Shown here piece after piece: positions 37,540-49,215 of a stretch of DNA of 64,000 nt (position 1 is its first letter; every line of letters starts with the position of its first letter). Made by a program: the position numbers and the translations under genes. The notes under the pieces were generated by a model. That model was not told the DNA's origin, did not search any database, and saw only the letters and a program-made list of their open reading frames with translations. Origin of the DNA: Thermodesulfobacteriota bacterium (GTDB lineage: Bacteria; Desulfobacterota_D; UBA1144; Nemesobacterales; JAJCZQ01); contig CBDBDR010000015.1 of NCBI GenBank assembly GCA_965203965.1, positions 51,032 through 115,031 of the forward strand, read 5' to 3'.

Positions 37540-39153
37540 ATGGCTACGGCTACCAGCCCTGAATTATGTTTAGTGACCGGTGCTTCAGGCTACATAGCAG
37601 GTCATGTCATCAAGCAACTGCTAGAGCGTGGAGAGGTGCGCGTGCGTGGGACAGTGCGAAGTCTAAAAAATGAAAAGAACGAAAAACTCCGTAGCCTTGT
37701 GCCCGATGCAAAATACCCTCTGGAGCTGGTAGAAGGAGACCTGCTGAATGCCGAGTCCTGGATAGAGGCTGTGAAAGGATGTTCAAAGGTCTATCATGTC
37801 GCATCTCCCTTCCCTCGCGGGACTCCAAGGGATGAAAACGAGGTTATAACCCCTGCTGTTGAAGGCACCCTAAACGTTCTCAAGGCGTGCGCTGAAGCTG
37901 GGACAGTGAAAAGAGTCGTTTTTACCAGCTCCATAGCGGCTGTATCTAACGGTATGAATGGAGAAAATGGTCGCACCTACACATCAGATGACTGGTCTAT
38001 AGAAGAGAACTGTGGTTCTTATGAGAAGAGCAAATTGTTAGCAGAAAAGGCAGCTTGGGACTTCGTGAAGCAGTTGGAAGAGGACAAGAAATTTGAACTT
38101 GTTGCTATAAACGCTGCAGTTGTTTTTGGGCCTTTTGCCAGTCCTACTTCTGTCAATTCAACTTCAGTCAGCATCATAAGTGACATTTTAAACAACAAGA
38201 TTCCTGCCTTTCCTCGTGTAAGCATGCCTTCAGTCGATGTCAGAGATGTTGCTAAGGCTCATTTGGCTGCCATGGAAAAGCCTGAAGCAGCTGGTAACCG
38301 CTTTGTTCTTTATTCCAAGAGTATATGGATGAGAGATATGGCTGATACTATTGCAGCTGAGTTCAAGCCAATGGGTTACAAGATTTCTTCAATGAATCTA
38401 CCCAAGTTTGGATTGTGGATTGTCAAATGGTTTAGTGCTGATGCAAAGCAGATGTACCCATTGGTTGACAAAGAATTCAGCTACGACACTACTAAGCTGA
38501 AGGATATATTGGGTATTGAACCAATCGACCTCAATGCTACAATTATCGACACGTGCTATAGCCTCATTGAGTATGGTGTGGTTCCCAAGACTGCCAATTA
38601 CAGGAATCCAAAATCAACTGAAGCAGAAACAGCAATTGAACAACCAGAGGAGACACCTAAAGCAGAACCTGCTACTGAGCAGAACGAACCAACCAAAGCT
38701 GTAACAGCACAAACAGCACAAGAAGAATCTCCTGAAGAACCTGTTTCAAAGCAGAATGAATCAACTGAAGCTAAGTCGACTGAAGAAGAGACACAAGAAG
38801 GTGCTTCCAATCATGATGAGCCCAAATCAACTGAAGTAGAGACACATGAAGAAGGTGCATCCAATCAAGATGAACCAACTGAGCCCAAGTCAGTTGAAGA
38901 AGAGACACAAGAAGGTGCTTCCAATCATGATGAGCCCAAATCGACTGAAGTAGAGACACAAGAAGAAGGTGCATCCAATCAGGATGAACCAACTGAGCCC
39001 AAGTCAGTTGAAGAAGAGACACAAGAAGGTGCGTCCAAGGAGGATGTACCAACTGAGCCCAAGTCAGTTGAAGAAGAGACACAAGAAACCACTGAACAAC
39101 CTGCTTCTAAGCAGGATGAAAAAAAGGAGGAGTCCTCTCCAGAAGAGTATTAA
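37540..39153 (+). CDS. Extended SDR with acidic repeat tail, copy B (recent tandem duplicate of A)
   Basis: Same motifs and near-identical to copy A in the enzyme domain. Tail ~180 aa. Confidence 0.92.
   Translation: MATATSPELCLVTGASGYIAGHVIKQLLERGEVRVRGTVRSLKNEKNEKLRSLVPDAKYPLELVEGDLLNAESWIEAVKGCSKVYHVASPFPRGTPRDENEVITPAVEGTLNVLKACAEAGTVKRVVFTSSIAAVSNGMNGENGRTYTSDDWSIEENCGSYEKSKLLAEKAAWDFVKQLEEDKKFELVAINAAVVFGPFASPTSVNSTSVSIISDILNNKIPAFPRVSMPSVDVRDVAKAHLAAMEKPEAAGNRFVLYSKSIWMRDMADTIAAEFKPMGYKISSMNLPKFGLWIVKWFSADAKQMYPLVDKEFSYDTTKLKDILGIEPIDLNATIIDTCYSLIEYGVVPKTANYRNPKSTEAETAIEQPEETPKAEPATEQNEPTKAVTAQTAQEESPEEPVSKQNESTEAKSTEEETQEGASNHDEPKSTEVETHEEGASNQDEPTEPKSVEEETQEGASNHDEPKSTEVETQEEGASNQDEPTEPKSVEEETQEGASKEDVPTEPKSVEEETQETTEQPASKQDEKKEESSPEEY
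38782..39090 (+). repeat. Coding 114-bp (38-aa) tandem repeat
   Basis: GAAGAAGAGACACAAGAAGGTGC units start at 38782, 38896 and 39010. Confidence 0.9.
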
Positions 39154-39563
39154 ATAATTATTAGGTCAACTATTTCTGCAATGTTGTTTTTAGCTTCACT
39201 TTTGTCTATGTGATGCGTTGGGTACGGTACGGTACATTGCGTTCGACGTTCTCGTGCACGCGCGCGCACACAATGCACGCGTGATCAGAAGCTAACACGT
39301 GACAAAGAACAGCACAGCTGAGTTTGATTTGTTCGTCCCGGCTTGTCTCTGGAGTCTGGACGAAGATCTTGCGTTACTTTGCGAGGCGCCTCTCTCTCTT
39401 GAGAGGGAGAGAGAGTAGGATTCGCTTAACTCATCTCGCTTGTTCACACGATGGATCTGGTATTGCATTGTTGTTGCGCAATCACTCGTATTTTTATTGA
39501 AAACTTTTGCGAGTGAGCAAGTCAGGACGAGCGAACTAGCGTATCAAAAGAGTTGTCAAAATT

Positions 39564-42500
39564 ATGTCTCGAGCAACGAAAAGAAAGCACGTGGCAAAAG
39601 AAGTTATGGAAGATTTGGTGGAGCCCACAGATACCCAAGAAATTGTAAAGGTAGGAGTTATTATCATGTAGTGACTAGAGTCCAGTTAACATTTTCTATT
39701 GGTCCAAGGTTGAGTGTGGGTGTGGTAACAATCTGCACAGGGTCCAAGCATCAGATGGCAGGCAGTTTCTTGTAAGCATGCCCCGAAAATTTAGGCGTAA
39801 TGTGTGGATTAAAAAAGGTACAGTTGCATTATGACTAAGAATAAGCACATTTCATTTCAAGTATACTTAGGTGATTATGTGGTAGTTGAAAGTATTGCTG
39901 AAGGACGCAAAGTGCAAGCAGAAATTGTAAACATTCTTTTTCCACAGCAGGTTAAGCACTTGAAGGAGGAGAACATGTGGTTAGTAAAGTGTACTAAGAG
40001 TGTTTACAATGGTCTTTTTTGCTTTGTCTATGCATTTGAGTTGTCTAAAAAGGTATAATGGGTTGCTACTTTAAGGTGGACTAATGCGATGTTTAGTTTT
40101 ATTTTCTTTGCTATACGCACTTGAAGCAGCAAACAGACAGCTGCTACAATGTTGCAGCATCGCTACCTCACTAAGAAGCATTTTTGCCATCTGTATTTTG
40201 CTTGATATGCATACAGCCACGAGTAAACACAAGCAAATAAATTTTACATACTTGTTTCAATGCTGTGCCAATCGCTATGCAAGCTTCTTTGTGACTGAAC
40301 TCTGACGCAAGCATGGGTTTCTCAATCTTCAACTTGGAAGTACTAAAACAGCAAACTTGTATGCACACATTTACTGAACCCTACGGTCATCGTTTTTCAA
40401 GCTGAGCTATGCGTGTGTGCAAGCATTACAGTTGAATGTCATGCAGTAAAAATTTTATAAATCTGCAAGACTATATGAAAACTATAGGTCATAATAGGTT
40501 TGCATTCTAAACTTTCAGTAGCATCCATTATTGTTATATCACTGTACGAGTACATGCCATACTCACATTTATAGCATAGCTACGAGTATTTGACCAATCA
40601 GATTGCTCAGTTGCCGGGTTATAATTCTCATATGACCCGCGGGCTTTCATATGACCCGCGGGCTTTCATATTACCTGGCTACAAGTTATTGTGTTATTAA
40701 TAGAATTCATGATTGATAATACTATTCATAATAACTGCTGTATAAACAAAGTCGGAATACAATGTACAACACAGAAAGCAGGTGAATGATGACTGTGGAG
40801 ATTTGCTGATATGTTTTAGGTACAGTGAACCAAGAGCTAGAAGCCTGCTGCTGCTGATGGTAGGAGCTAGTAGGGGGTGCAGAGTAGGTAGATAGTGCTG
40901 TAACAGAGCTGGATAGTGTCGAAGAGGCAGTGAAGGAGGAGCTGGTTAGTGGTGATGGAAATACTGGAACAGTATAATAGTAGATGAGAGAGTGGATTGG
41001 AGGCGAAGCTGGAAAAAGCTGGTGGGTGGTGTCAAGGCGGAGGTCAGCGGTAGTAGATGAAAGGGTGGAGCTCGCAAGGCCTAGGGCTGGGCTAGTATCC
41101 GGCGATGGAAGTCACTGAGAGCGAGCTGCGCGATGGTGTTGGTGGTACGTGGTAGCTGCCACTAGCTGGGATATAAGCTATTGCTGTTGGAAGACTAGCC
41201 GTAACTTGTAGAGTAGTTGGGTCAAAAACGTCGTCATCTTGGACAAAAACGCAGCAGCTCTGGACACTCAAGTCAGCAAGAGAGCGTTCCATTGTAGCTT
41301 TTGCGTCGAAAAGTACTGTTGCTATGCTATAAATAACTTAGATACCTCGTCCGCGGGTCATACGTGATTTATAAACCCTCCGCGGTAAGTAACGACCTCG
41401 CTACGCTCGGTCGTCACAACAACCGCGTCGGGTTTATAAATCCCGTATGACCCTCGACTCGGTATCTAACTATTATGTATGATATCGCATACAGGTCTTT
41501 ATGAATAATTATTTATTATAATAGTGCTACTGCACCTGCCACCTTTAAGAGATTATAGTTGCAGAGCACCTTAGTGCGAGGCAAATAATCCTGACAGTGT
41601 TGGTGTGGTGGAAATCTCAGCTAGCATAATAATTATTTACTTTATATATCCATCACGCCCTGGAATGCAATAACTTACCCCCGGGGCCGTTACTGCTACA
41701 GTTGTGATGCTGTTCATATTATGAACTTGGAGATATGCCAGATGCAACTCGTGCATGAAACGCGCTGTGTGGTGAACATGAATGCTAGCTCCTGCTGTAC
41801 GACGATTGTGTGACAACTGTCGCATAGTCTCGAGTAGTTTGAGTCGAGTCAACGGATTTACCATTTGCCTGCTGCACAAAGATCATGACATAGCCAAGTC
41901 GACTAGTAGAATGTGTAGAAGCTATGCATAGTGAATGACTGTCAAGTGTACTGGGCTTCCGTAGGGTGGGACCATGTAGATAATATTATCTATGGTGGGA
42001 TGACGTCGAACAGCTGCAGAACTTTCCAACCACGTGATCTCCCCTGCTACAGTATGGTGTGCCCGGGCGCCCATGGGGTATTGCCCGGCACCCTCAGGGT
42101 AATAAATTGCACGAGGCATTCGTACTGCTAGTTAATGATGAAACTAACCATACATGATAGCAGGAGCCACTCCGTATTATCACAATACAATGGTGAAATC
42201 CGAACATGGCTGCCATCTGACACAGAAATCTATTGCTAGGATATGTTGCTTATTACTAATACTACTCTTATTCTATAGCATGTGCCGCGAAAGGCGAATA
42301 GTTGCAAAACTAAACACTGGGCATGGTCAATGCATTTTTCTCCTTTTTGGTCCGTCAATACCCCCTATGATACTACCGTACTGACACGTTAGACTCGTGT
42401 GCTTATATTTCCACAGCAAAGAAATAATTATGCACATATCAGACAATGATGCGCCTATCGCCTACATGAGGATTTTGCTGTTTACAGAGGGGTACATGGT

Positions 42501-43027
42501 CAATGAGCTCATGATGGGGCTGTTTTTTTTTGGTGTTCAATTTCCACAAGTTTCCGTTCATGAAATTTAAGTACACACAACAGAAACCAACTCTGCCGTG
42601 TCAGTGTTAATTCTGTGGAGTCTTAAAATCTCTAACTTAGCTATAATGTATTGGTTGTGGTTGTCGTCTCTATTACTTTTATCTTGACTGATAATTATTC
42701 TGTGTTGCTGTCCTCGCATACAATTTGCCCAGCAAGCTTGTACACCAGTTCAACATTAACTGCAAAATTTATCCTAGGCCAGCTGCATTCAATGAACCAA
42801 ATCACACTTCTCATTCGGCTACTCAATCAGCTCTTGACAACGAGAGAATAACAAAAAGGTACACTAGCAATAGTCAATGTTTCTTTTATTTATCTCTCTC
42901 TTTATCTAGTACTCAAGAAACTGGTGATAGTAGTGAAGATAGTTCAGATGATGATAGTGATTTGTTTGTCAACACAAACAGACCTCCGTTGCTTTATGAT
43001 GACGATGATTCTGATTCCGAAGATTGA
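39564..43027 (+). CDS. EIF1AD: Probable RNA-binding protein EIF1AD, multi-exon with a ~2.8 kb element-filled intron
   Basis: [54 protein letters not shown] (acceptor 42777), DLFVNTNR. Confidence 0.93.
40567..41474. mobile_element. Non-autonomous palindromic element, long member, in EIF1AD intron
   Basis: Perfect 14-bp inverted pair ATTTATAGCATAGC (40567) / GCTATGCTATAAAT (41321), 19-bp tandem repeat at 40629-40666, and terminal palindrome 41332-41474 centred on CCTCGCTACGCTCGG. Confidence 0.7.
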
Positions 43028-43251
43028 AGTCATTTTTACATGCATCTTTTTATTATAATTATTTCTAATGTAATTCTGTTTCTAATACAAAAACGACCCT
43101 TACTAATTATTTTGTCCATGCATGCCAAGCGCTACTGCGTGTAGATTCATAATCAAATTACGAAGTGGATGACGCATGCATAATACATTTTGTCGACCGC
43201 AATAAAATACTGTGCATAGCGCCTTGCAGTAGTTGGCAATTCAGTTGAGCA

Positions 43252-45396
43252 ATGTCTACTGAGGCAGATAAAGAGGCTCCAGCTCCTCAAGAGGAGTCCC
43301 AGAATAACACAGAAGCTCCTAAGTCCGAGGAACCCCAAACCACCACGGAAGAAATTACAGAGCAACCGGCTAATGAAGAAGCCCCTGCTGAGGCTGCTGC
43401 AGCACCAGCTGATGAAGGGCCACCGATTGTGCTGGTAACTGGCGCGTCTGGTTTCTTGGCGTCGCATATTGTTCAACAACTGCTGCAGCAAGGTCGATAT
43501 CGCGTACGAGGGACCGTGAGAAACAAGGATCGCGAAGACAAAGTCAAGCCACTCAAAGAGCTACCTACTGCCAATCATCCACTGGAGCTCGTAGCTGCCG
43601 ATCTAAACAAAGAAGACACGTGGACAGACGCTGTTAAGGGGTGTACATATGTGCTGCACGTAGCGTCGCCTTATCCTAGGCTGACAAAGCAGCCAAAAAA
43701 CCCTGATGTAGTCATTCGCCCTGCAGTGGACGGCGCATTGAATGTCCTAAAGGCTTGCGCAGAATCAGGGTCAGTGAAACGTGTCGTGCTCACTAGCTCT
43801 ACAATGGCAGTTAGTGGCGGGTTAGGTGGAGAACCAGGCAAGGTGTACACGGAAGAAGATTGGGCTACAGACGAAAGTTGCAAAGGAGCATACGAGAGAA
43901 GCAAGTTTCGAGCCGAAAAAGCTGCCTGGGAATTCGTCGAGAAATTGGAAGCTGGAAAGAAATTTGAGCTAGTAACAGTGAATCCCAGTGGCATTTTAGG
44001 TCCTTTTATCAGTGCTTCATCTGGAGATTCTTCAGCCACGCTTGTAGCTGATGTTCTAACTAACAAGTTACCGGGTATACCAAATATCTCTTTTCCAATT
44101 GTTGATGTCAGAGATGTTGCTGCGGCTCAACTTGCCGCCATGGAATCACCTGAAGCAGCTGGTAAACGCTACATTGCCCACAACACGACCCTGCCTTATT
44201 CAGAGATTGCTGCTATAATCTCACGAGAATTTAAACCTCAGGGGTACAAGGTCCCCACCAAACCAATAAAGAAAATTATGCTAGGAGTTTTGAGCAAATT
44301 CAACTCGGGGGCAAAGTTTGCAGCTAAAAATGAAGGTAGTGATATACAGATCAGCAACGACAAGATGAAGAGTCAGCTGGGTATAGAGCCTCGCTCAGCG
44401 GAGACAACAATCATAGATCAGTGCTACACCCTGGTTGATCTAGGACTTGTCAAAAGAAAACCTGGATACCTCGGACATCCCAACAAACGACCAAAAGAGG
44501 AGCCAAAAGCTGCAGATGGAAAAACAGATGAAAAAGCAACTGAAAACTCTAAGACAGAGGAGTTGTCAGTAGAACCCAAAAACAATGAGACAAAAACAGA
44601 GGAGTCAGAGCCAAAAGTAGAGGAACCACCAGCAGAAGAGCCTAAAGTAGAGGAGCCAAAAGCAGAGCCAGCAGCAGAAGAACCAAAAGCAGAGGAACCA
44701 CCAGCAGAAGAGCCGAAAGCTGAGGAACCACCAGCAGAAGAGCCAAAAGCAGAGGAGCCACCAGCAGAAGAGCCGAAAGCTGAGGAGCCACCAGCAGAAG
44801 AGCCAAAAGCAGAGGAACCAGCAGCAGAAGAACCAAAAGCAGAGGAGCCACCAGCAGAAGAGCCAAAAGCTGAGGAGACAGCAGCAGAAGAGCCGAAGGC
44901 AGAGGAGCCAGCAGCGGAAGAACCAAAAGTTGAGGAACCAGCAGCAGAAGAGCCAAAAGTTGAGGAGCCAGCAGCAGAAGAGCCAAAAGCTGAGGAACCA
45001 GCAGCGGAAGAACCAAATGTTGAGGAACCAGCAGCAGAAGAGCCAAAAGCTGAGGAGCCAGCAGCAGAAGAGCCAAAACCTGAGGAACCAGTAGCAGAAG
45101 AGCCGAAACCTGAGGAACCAGCAGCAGAAGAGCCAAAACCTGAGGAACCAGTAGCAGAAGAGCCGAAACCTGAGGAACCAGCAGCAGAAGAGCCAGTAGC
45201 AAATGAATCAGCAGCAGAGGAGCCACCTGCAGAGGAACCAGTAGCTGACGAACCAGAAGAGCCAAAAGCTGAGGAACCAGTAGCAGATGAGGAACCAAAG
45301 GCAGACGAGCCAGCAGCAGAAGAGCCGAACGCAGAGGAACCTGCAGTAGAAGAATCAAAGACAGAGGAGGCAGAAACTGAAAACAGTGAATCATGA
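43252..45396 (+). CDS. Extended SDR copy C with acidic N-extension and long EEP-rich repeat tail
   Basis: LVTGASGFLA, HVASP, YERSK, NPSGILGP, DVRDVA. Intronless, with a ~300 aa tail. Confidence 0.92.
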   Translation: MSTEADKEAPAPQEESQNNTEAPKSEEPQTTTEEITEQPANEEAPAEAAAAPADEGPPIVLVTGASGFLASHIVQQLLQQGRYRVRGTVRNKDREDKVKPLKELPTANHPLELVAADLNKEDTWTDAVKGCTYVLHVASPYPRLTKQPKNPDVVIRPAVDGALNVLKACAESGSVKRVVLTSSTMAVSGGLGGEPGKVYTEEDWATDESCKGAYERSKFRAEKAAWEFVEKLEAGKKFELVTVNPSGILGPFISASSGDSSATLVADVLTNKLPGIPNISFPIVDVRDVAAAQLAAMESPEAAGKRYIAHNTTLPYSEIAAIISREFKPQGYKVPTKPIKKIMLGVLSKFNSGAKFAAKNEGSDIQISNDKMKSQLGIEPRSAETTIIDQCYTLVDLGLVKRKPGYLGHPNKRPKEEPKAADGKTDEKATENSKTEELSVEPKNNETKTEESEPKVEEPPAEEPKVEEPKAEPAAEEPKAEEPPAEEPKAEEPPAEEPKAEEPPAEEPKAEEPPAEEPKAEEPAAEEPKAEEPPAEEPKAEETAAEEPKAEEPAAEEPKVEEPAAEEPKVEEPAAEEPKAEEPAAEEPNVEEPAAEEPKAEEPAAEEPKPEEPVAEEPKPEEPAAEEPKPEEPVAEEPKPEEPAAEEPVANESAAEEPPAEEPVADEPEEPKAEEPVADEEPKADEPAAEEPNAEEPAVEESKTEEAETENSES
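44608..45350 (+). repeat. Coding 30-bp minisatellite (about 20 KAEEPxAEEP units)
   Basis: Repeating GAGCCAAAAGCAGAGGAACCACCAGCAGAA-type units. Confidence 0.95.
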
Positions 45397-45741
45397 CTTG
45401 TTATTTAATGGTGTGTCATTCATTATTAATATTGCATGCTTGTATTAGTGTTGGCGATTCTTAATCATCACCTTCCCATCACTACTACTACTATTATCAT
45501 TAGTTATCACTACTCATTATTCAATTTCATCAAGAATATGAGTGTATATCACTGTTTGTGTGTGTGTGTAGGTATAAGTTTACAACAATCTGCTAAGTTA
45601 TTTTGAGTTGAGTATAAAAACCAGCTAATGGTACACAGATAGTGCATGGTGTCCACAAACACAAATACTGTTTGCACATGAGTCCCACAAAGTAACCACC
45701 ATACTCTGAAGTTATCACAACAAGACTAGACCAGATGGTAT

Positions 45742-48700
45742 CTATGAGCGAGCCGACTGTACTGTGATCATCTACAATGAAACAGGTACAATGGGTTACA
45801 GATAAGCTAATGCACAATCCTCATGTGTACGCACCTCACTGCAATAAGGACACTCTCCTGAGACCATTGGTGCATTGAAAGTGCTCAATAGAGGATTGAT
45901 AGAACTTGCTCCTAAGCTGTGCAACCACTGGGTAAGGAATGCATTGTTGACACAGTACATTGAGTAAGACATAGATGAGTAGTGTCAGATATACAACAGT
46001 CTACTATTAAGTGTTGGTAATGTATATAATAGCATACCACAAGAGGAGTTGTGTAGGCTAGAGTGTTTCCATGCATGAGTGTGTGAATGAATATAAGGCA
46101 GTACTAGCTTGAGTACGATTGTTTCCAAAGAAGGAAAGTCAGTAGATCAGGTCATAACCAATATGCCACATACCTCTAGTAAGCAGTCATGATGGTAGGC
46201 CTTCATGCAGTGAGTGTTACCACACACAACATCAGGAGCATGCCCACACTCACTCCTTTCAACATAACAGATACCACACTCCAGATGATGGTCAACCTGC
46301 CAAGAGGTGAACAAAGTAAATTGTACTCAGTTGGCAATTGGCATCGACACACAAAATCTTAACAGACAGCTACTGTGCTGCCGCACAACCTGAGAATGTC
46401 ACACGATATGTACCGAAGCACTTGTCACTCCAGTACAAACGGCAGTTTGTACAGTACAACTGGATGTCTTTGTATAATGCGTGATGTAGAATATGCATAC
46501 AGAAATTAAATTCCTTTCATACACAAAGTAGTTAATTACTTAATAGTTAATGATACACAGCACATGTGGTTCAACACGCACTAAATGATATAGCTGTTGT
46601 AACTAAATTATAGGATATCGTATAAATAACTACTCAACCTTAATTTTAATTTATAGGGGAAAATAATTATGTGTTCTGCTGTTTCAATAAGCTATCTAGA
46701 ATACATAATTGTTATGCAACAGAGGTAAACACTAGGCCTAGTGTTGCTGGATAAACCACACAGCATACAGGTCTTTGTGCTGTTTGAGCACATAACTTCA
46801 CGTGAATGTAAGGCCGTAACAACTATCTGAATGACCCATACTCATGCACTGTGTTTTGATTCTGATCAATCAACCTACACACTATCATTGCTCAGTGATA
46901 CCTCATTGCTGGTAGAAGTGGAGGGACTTGGAAATGTCAGACCTAAACCTGATTGAAGATTTGCGAGTAAAGACATTGAAAAATTCCTGAAAATGGTAAT
47001 ATTGATTGAGGTGAGAGAAATAGGAGAGAAGGACAAACAAACCAATTCTCTTCATATGAGTACAGCTTGTCACGCAACTTTGATACAACTATAATTATAG
47101 AAACAAACATTCAATCGAAAAGTGAAGACAAACCACACTATGTGCATACAAACAGATTTAATGTTTCCCATAGACTTGGTTAATATGCTCCCCAGGGGCA
47201 AGTGTACAAAGTAAAACATTGCTTGTACAGTGAAACCTGCTTAACAAGACCACCCTTCGGACCAAAATTTGTGACCTTAATAGAGAGTGTCTATATAAAA
47301 TCATGTATAGAAGTAGTCTTTGAGACAGGTTTCACTGTATACATAAATAATAAATGACAACACTGATAGCTGTCATACAGCCCAGCCGGCACCAGGTGCT
47401 GCTGGTGGATTGAGTGGTATGGCTGTTCACACACAATCCCACATTATTGTGGATTGTATCACACAATCAGAAAATGAAATCACACTATGTAAGTAGGTAC
47501 AGTCTTCTGACAGACCAAAGGACCAGCATACTCAGCACTTGTCTGATTAAGGTCACATGATAAACCATTTTATATAACAAATTGAAATTTGGCAAAGGAT
47601 ACAATAGTTACAAGTCATGTAGAACTTTTGTATTGAGCAAGTCATGTAGAACTTTTGGACCCTATACACATGTGAATTATGGATTGTTCAAGGGATTCTT
47701 TTGTGTGTACTATAAATGTGCACAATCTTTCCAGATGCAGCACTTGTTAGAACACGACATTTGATCACCCTACTGTGGTTCTCACTTTGGTCTGGTCCCA
47801 GGAGTGTGTGCTTAGGTACGTGGTTTGGGTTAATGGGGTCCACTGTGATATGGATTGACAGAGCAGTATCTGAGTTGAAAAGGAGTAAGTAAACAGTAAA
47901 CACATGATACAAGTAATGCACACATAATACTTGTGACCTAAGAAACACACTTAAGTTGATTTTAGATAATTTTATAAGCTTTTATATCCACATTAAACAT
48001 ACAGCATTGTGTGCCTCACCTATTACTATTCTTCGCTGCTTACAAGCATGAGAAGGAAACTGTGGCTCTAGTACCCAACATGACACATCGATCTCATTCA
48101 TAGTCTGCCAGAATGGTTGGTAACAATCAACTTCCTAAAATAAAGGTTTTAACTCACAAAGCAGTGATAATGTGCTGCTTTAACCTTTTCAAATTGAGAG
48201 ATCAAATCTTGCAAAGATCCATTAGGAGACCAGGAAGGGAGAAATTGAGAGGGTAGAGTTGATTCACAGTGTGGCGGAGACATAGGATACTGCGGCATAA
48301 AAATGAGTAAGAAAACTAATGGAATCACTTTTTTACATCTTCAAGAAAATGAAGTGATAAAATATGCTCTCTGCTTCCTCTGTCACTGTAGCAAGGTATC
48401 AAAATATTAGTCATGATAAATACATGACCATACACAGTTTTTAGCTTGAGCATGGTAAAATTTAAATCTATATCGATGACCCTGTAAAAAAAGAAATTTT
48501 TTGTTCATACACCGACGTACGGCATCCAGTACCTTTCCCATCCAATGGTTTCTATATCAGAAAGCAAAGCAGAATAGAAAACGGGCGGAGGAGGAGAAGG
48601 GCAAAGTGGTCGGACACGCTGGGACTGTTCCTGACAACACAGGATTGAATTACATGAATGACAAGTTCATTCATCTTACCAGTATAGCAACCAGCTCAAT

Positions 48701-49154
48701 GAGAAATGAAGGAAGGTCTTTGCTTTGGGACAGTCTCTGAATTGGACAGGTATACATGTACCTGGCAGAAATCATCAAACAGATGTTGTGACCTTTTCAA
48801 CTGCTTGCTCCAATCCTCTCAATGCATTGCTCATGTGAAGATCACACTCTAACCTTTACACATGTTACTAACATTGTACAGAAACAAACCACATGTTGTA
48901 CCTTGCATTTTTGATAGTATTATCATGTGGTAAAGTTATTCTGAGGTAGTAATCCTTTCCCTGTAAACCACATTGTTCACAAAACCACTAAACTGGTCTC
49001 TTTCTTACCGCTACAGTGATAAGTCCAGCATAACAACGTCCATGCAAGTCCACTGGCAGCAACAATGGACAAACTCTCTGAATTCCTCTAGCTAGAGAAA
49101 TAGAATAAGCAATCATTCCTGTATAGGCTTTGGCTTACAGAATTCAACCTCCAT
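45742..49154 (-). CDS. FANCL: E3 ubiquitin ligase FANCL, many small exons, essentially absent from ORF track
   Basis: MEVEFS|RGIQRVCPLLLPVDLHGRCYAGLITVA at the N-terminus. RING: ECGICY...PDVVCGNTHCMKAYHHDCLLE|WLHSL...GECPYCSE|MITV. Confidence 0.88.
47228..47337. mobile_element. Tc1/mariner (pogo-like) MITE in FANCL intron
   Basis: TA|CAGTGAAACCTG...CAGGTTTCACTG|TA: perfect 12-bp TIR with TA target duplication. Confidence 0.8.
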
Positions 49155-49215
49155 CCCACGTGGTCTGATGGGCTACAATTAAAATAAGAGCCACGCCCAT
49201 TAAATGAGCGCTGAG

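Noticed and set aside
41620..42560. Short ORFs and GC-rich mini-hairpins in the EIF1AD intron
   Set aside because: Probably further element remnants, but no termini or protein family could be defined.
44608..45350. Repeat array as possible CRISPR
   Set aside because: Contiguous in-frame coding units with no unique spacers, in a eukaryotic context.
44642..45394. 250-aa Leu-rich minus-strand ORF
   Set aside because: Antisense shadow of the EEP minisatellite in SDR copy C.
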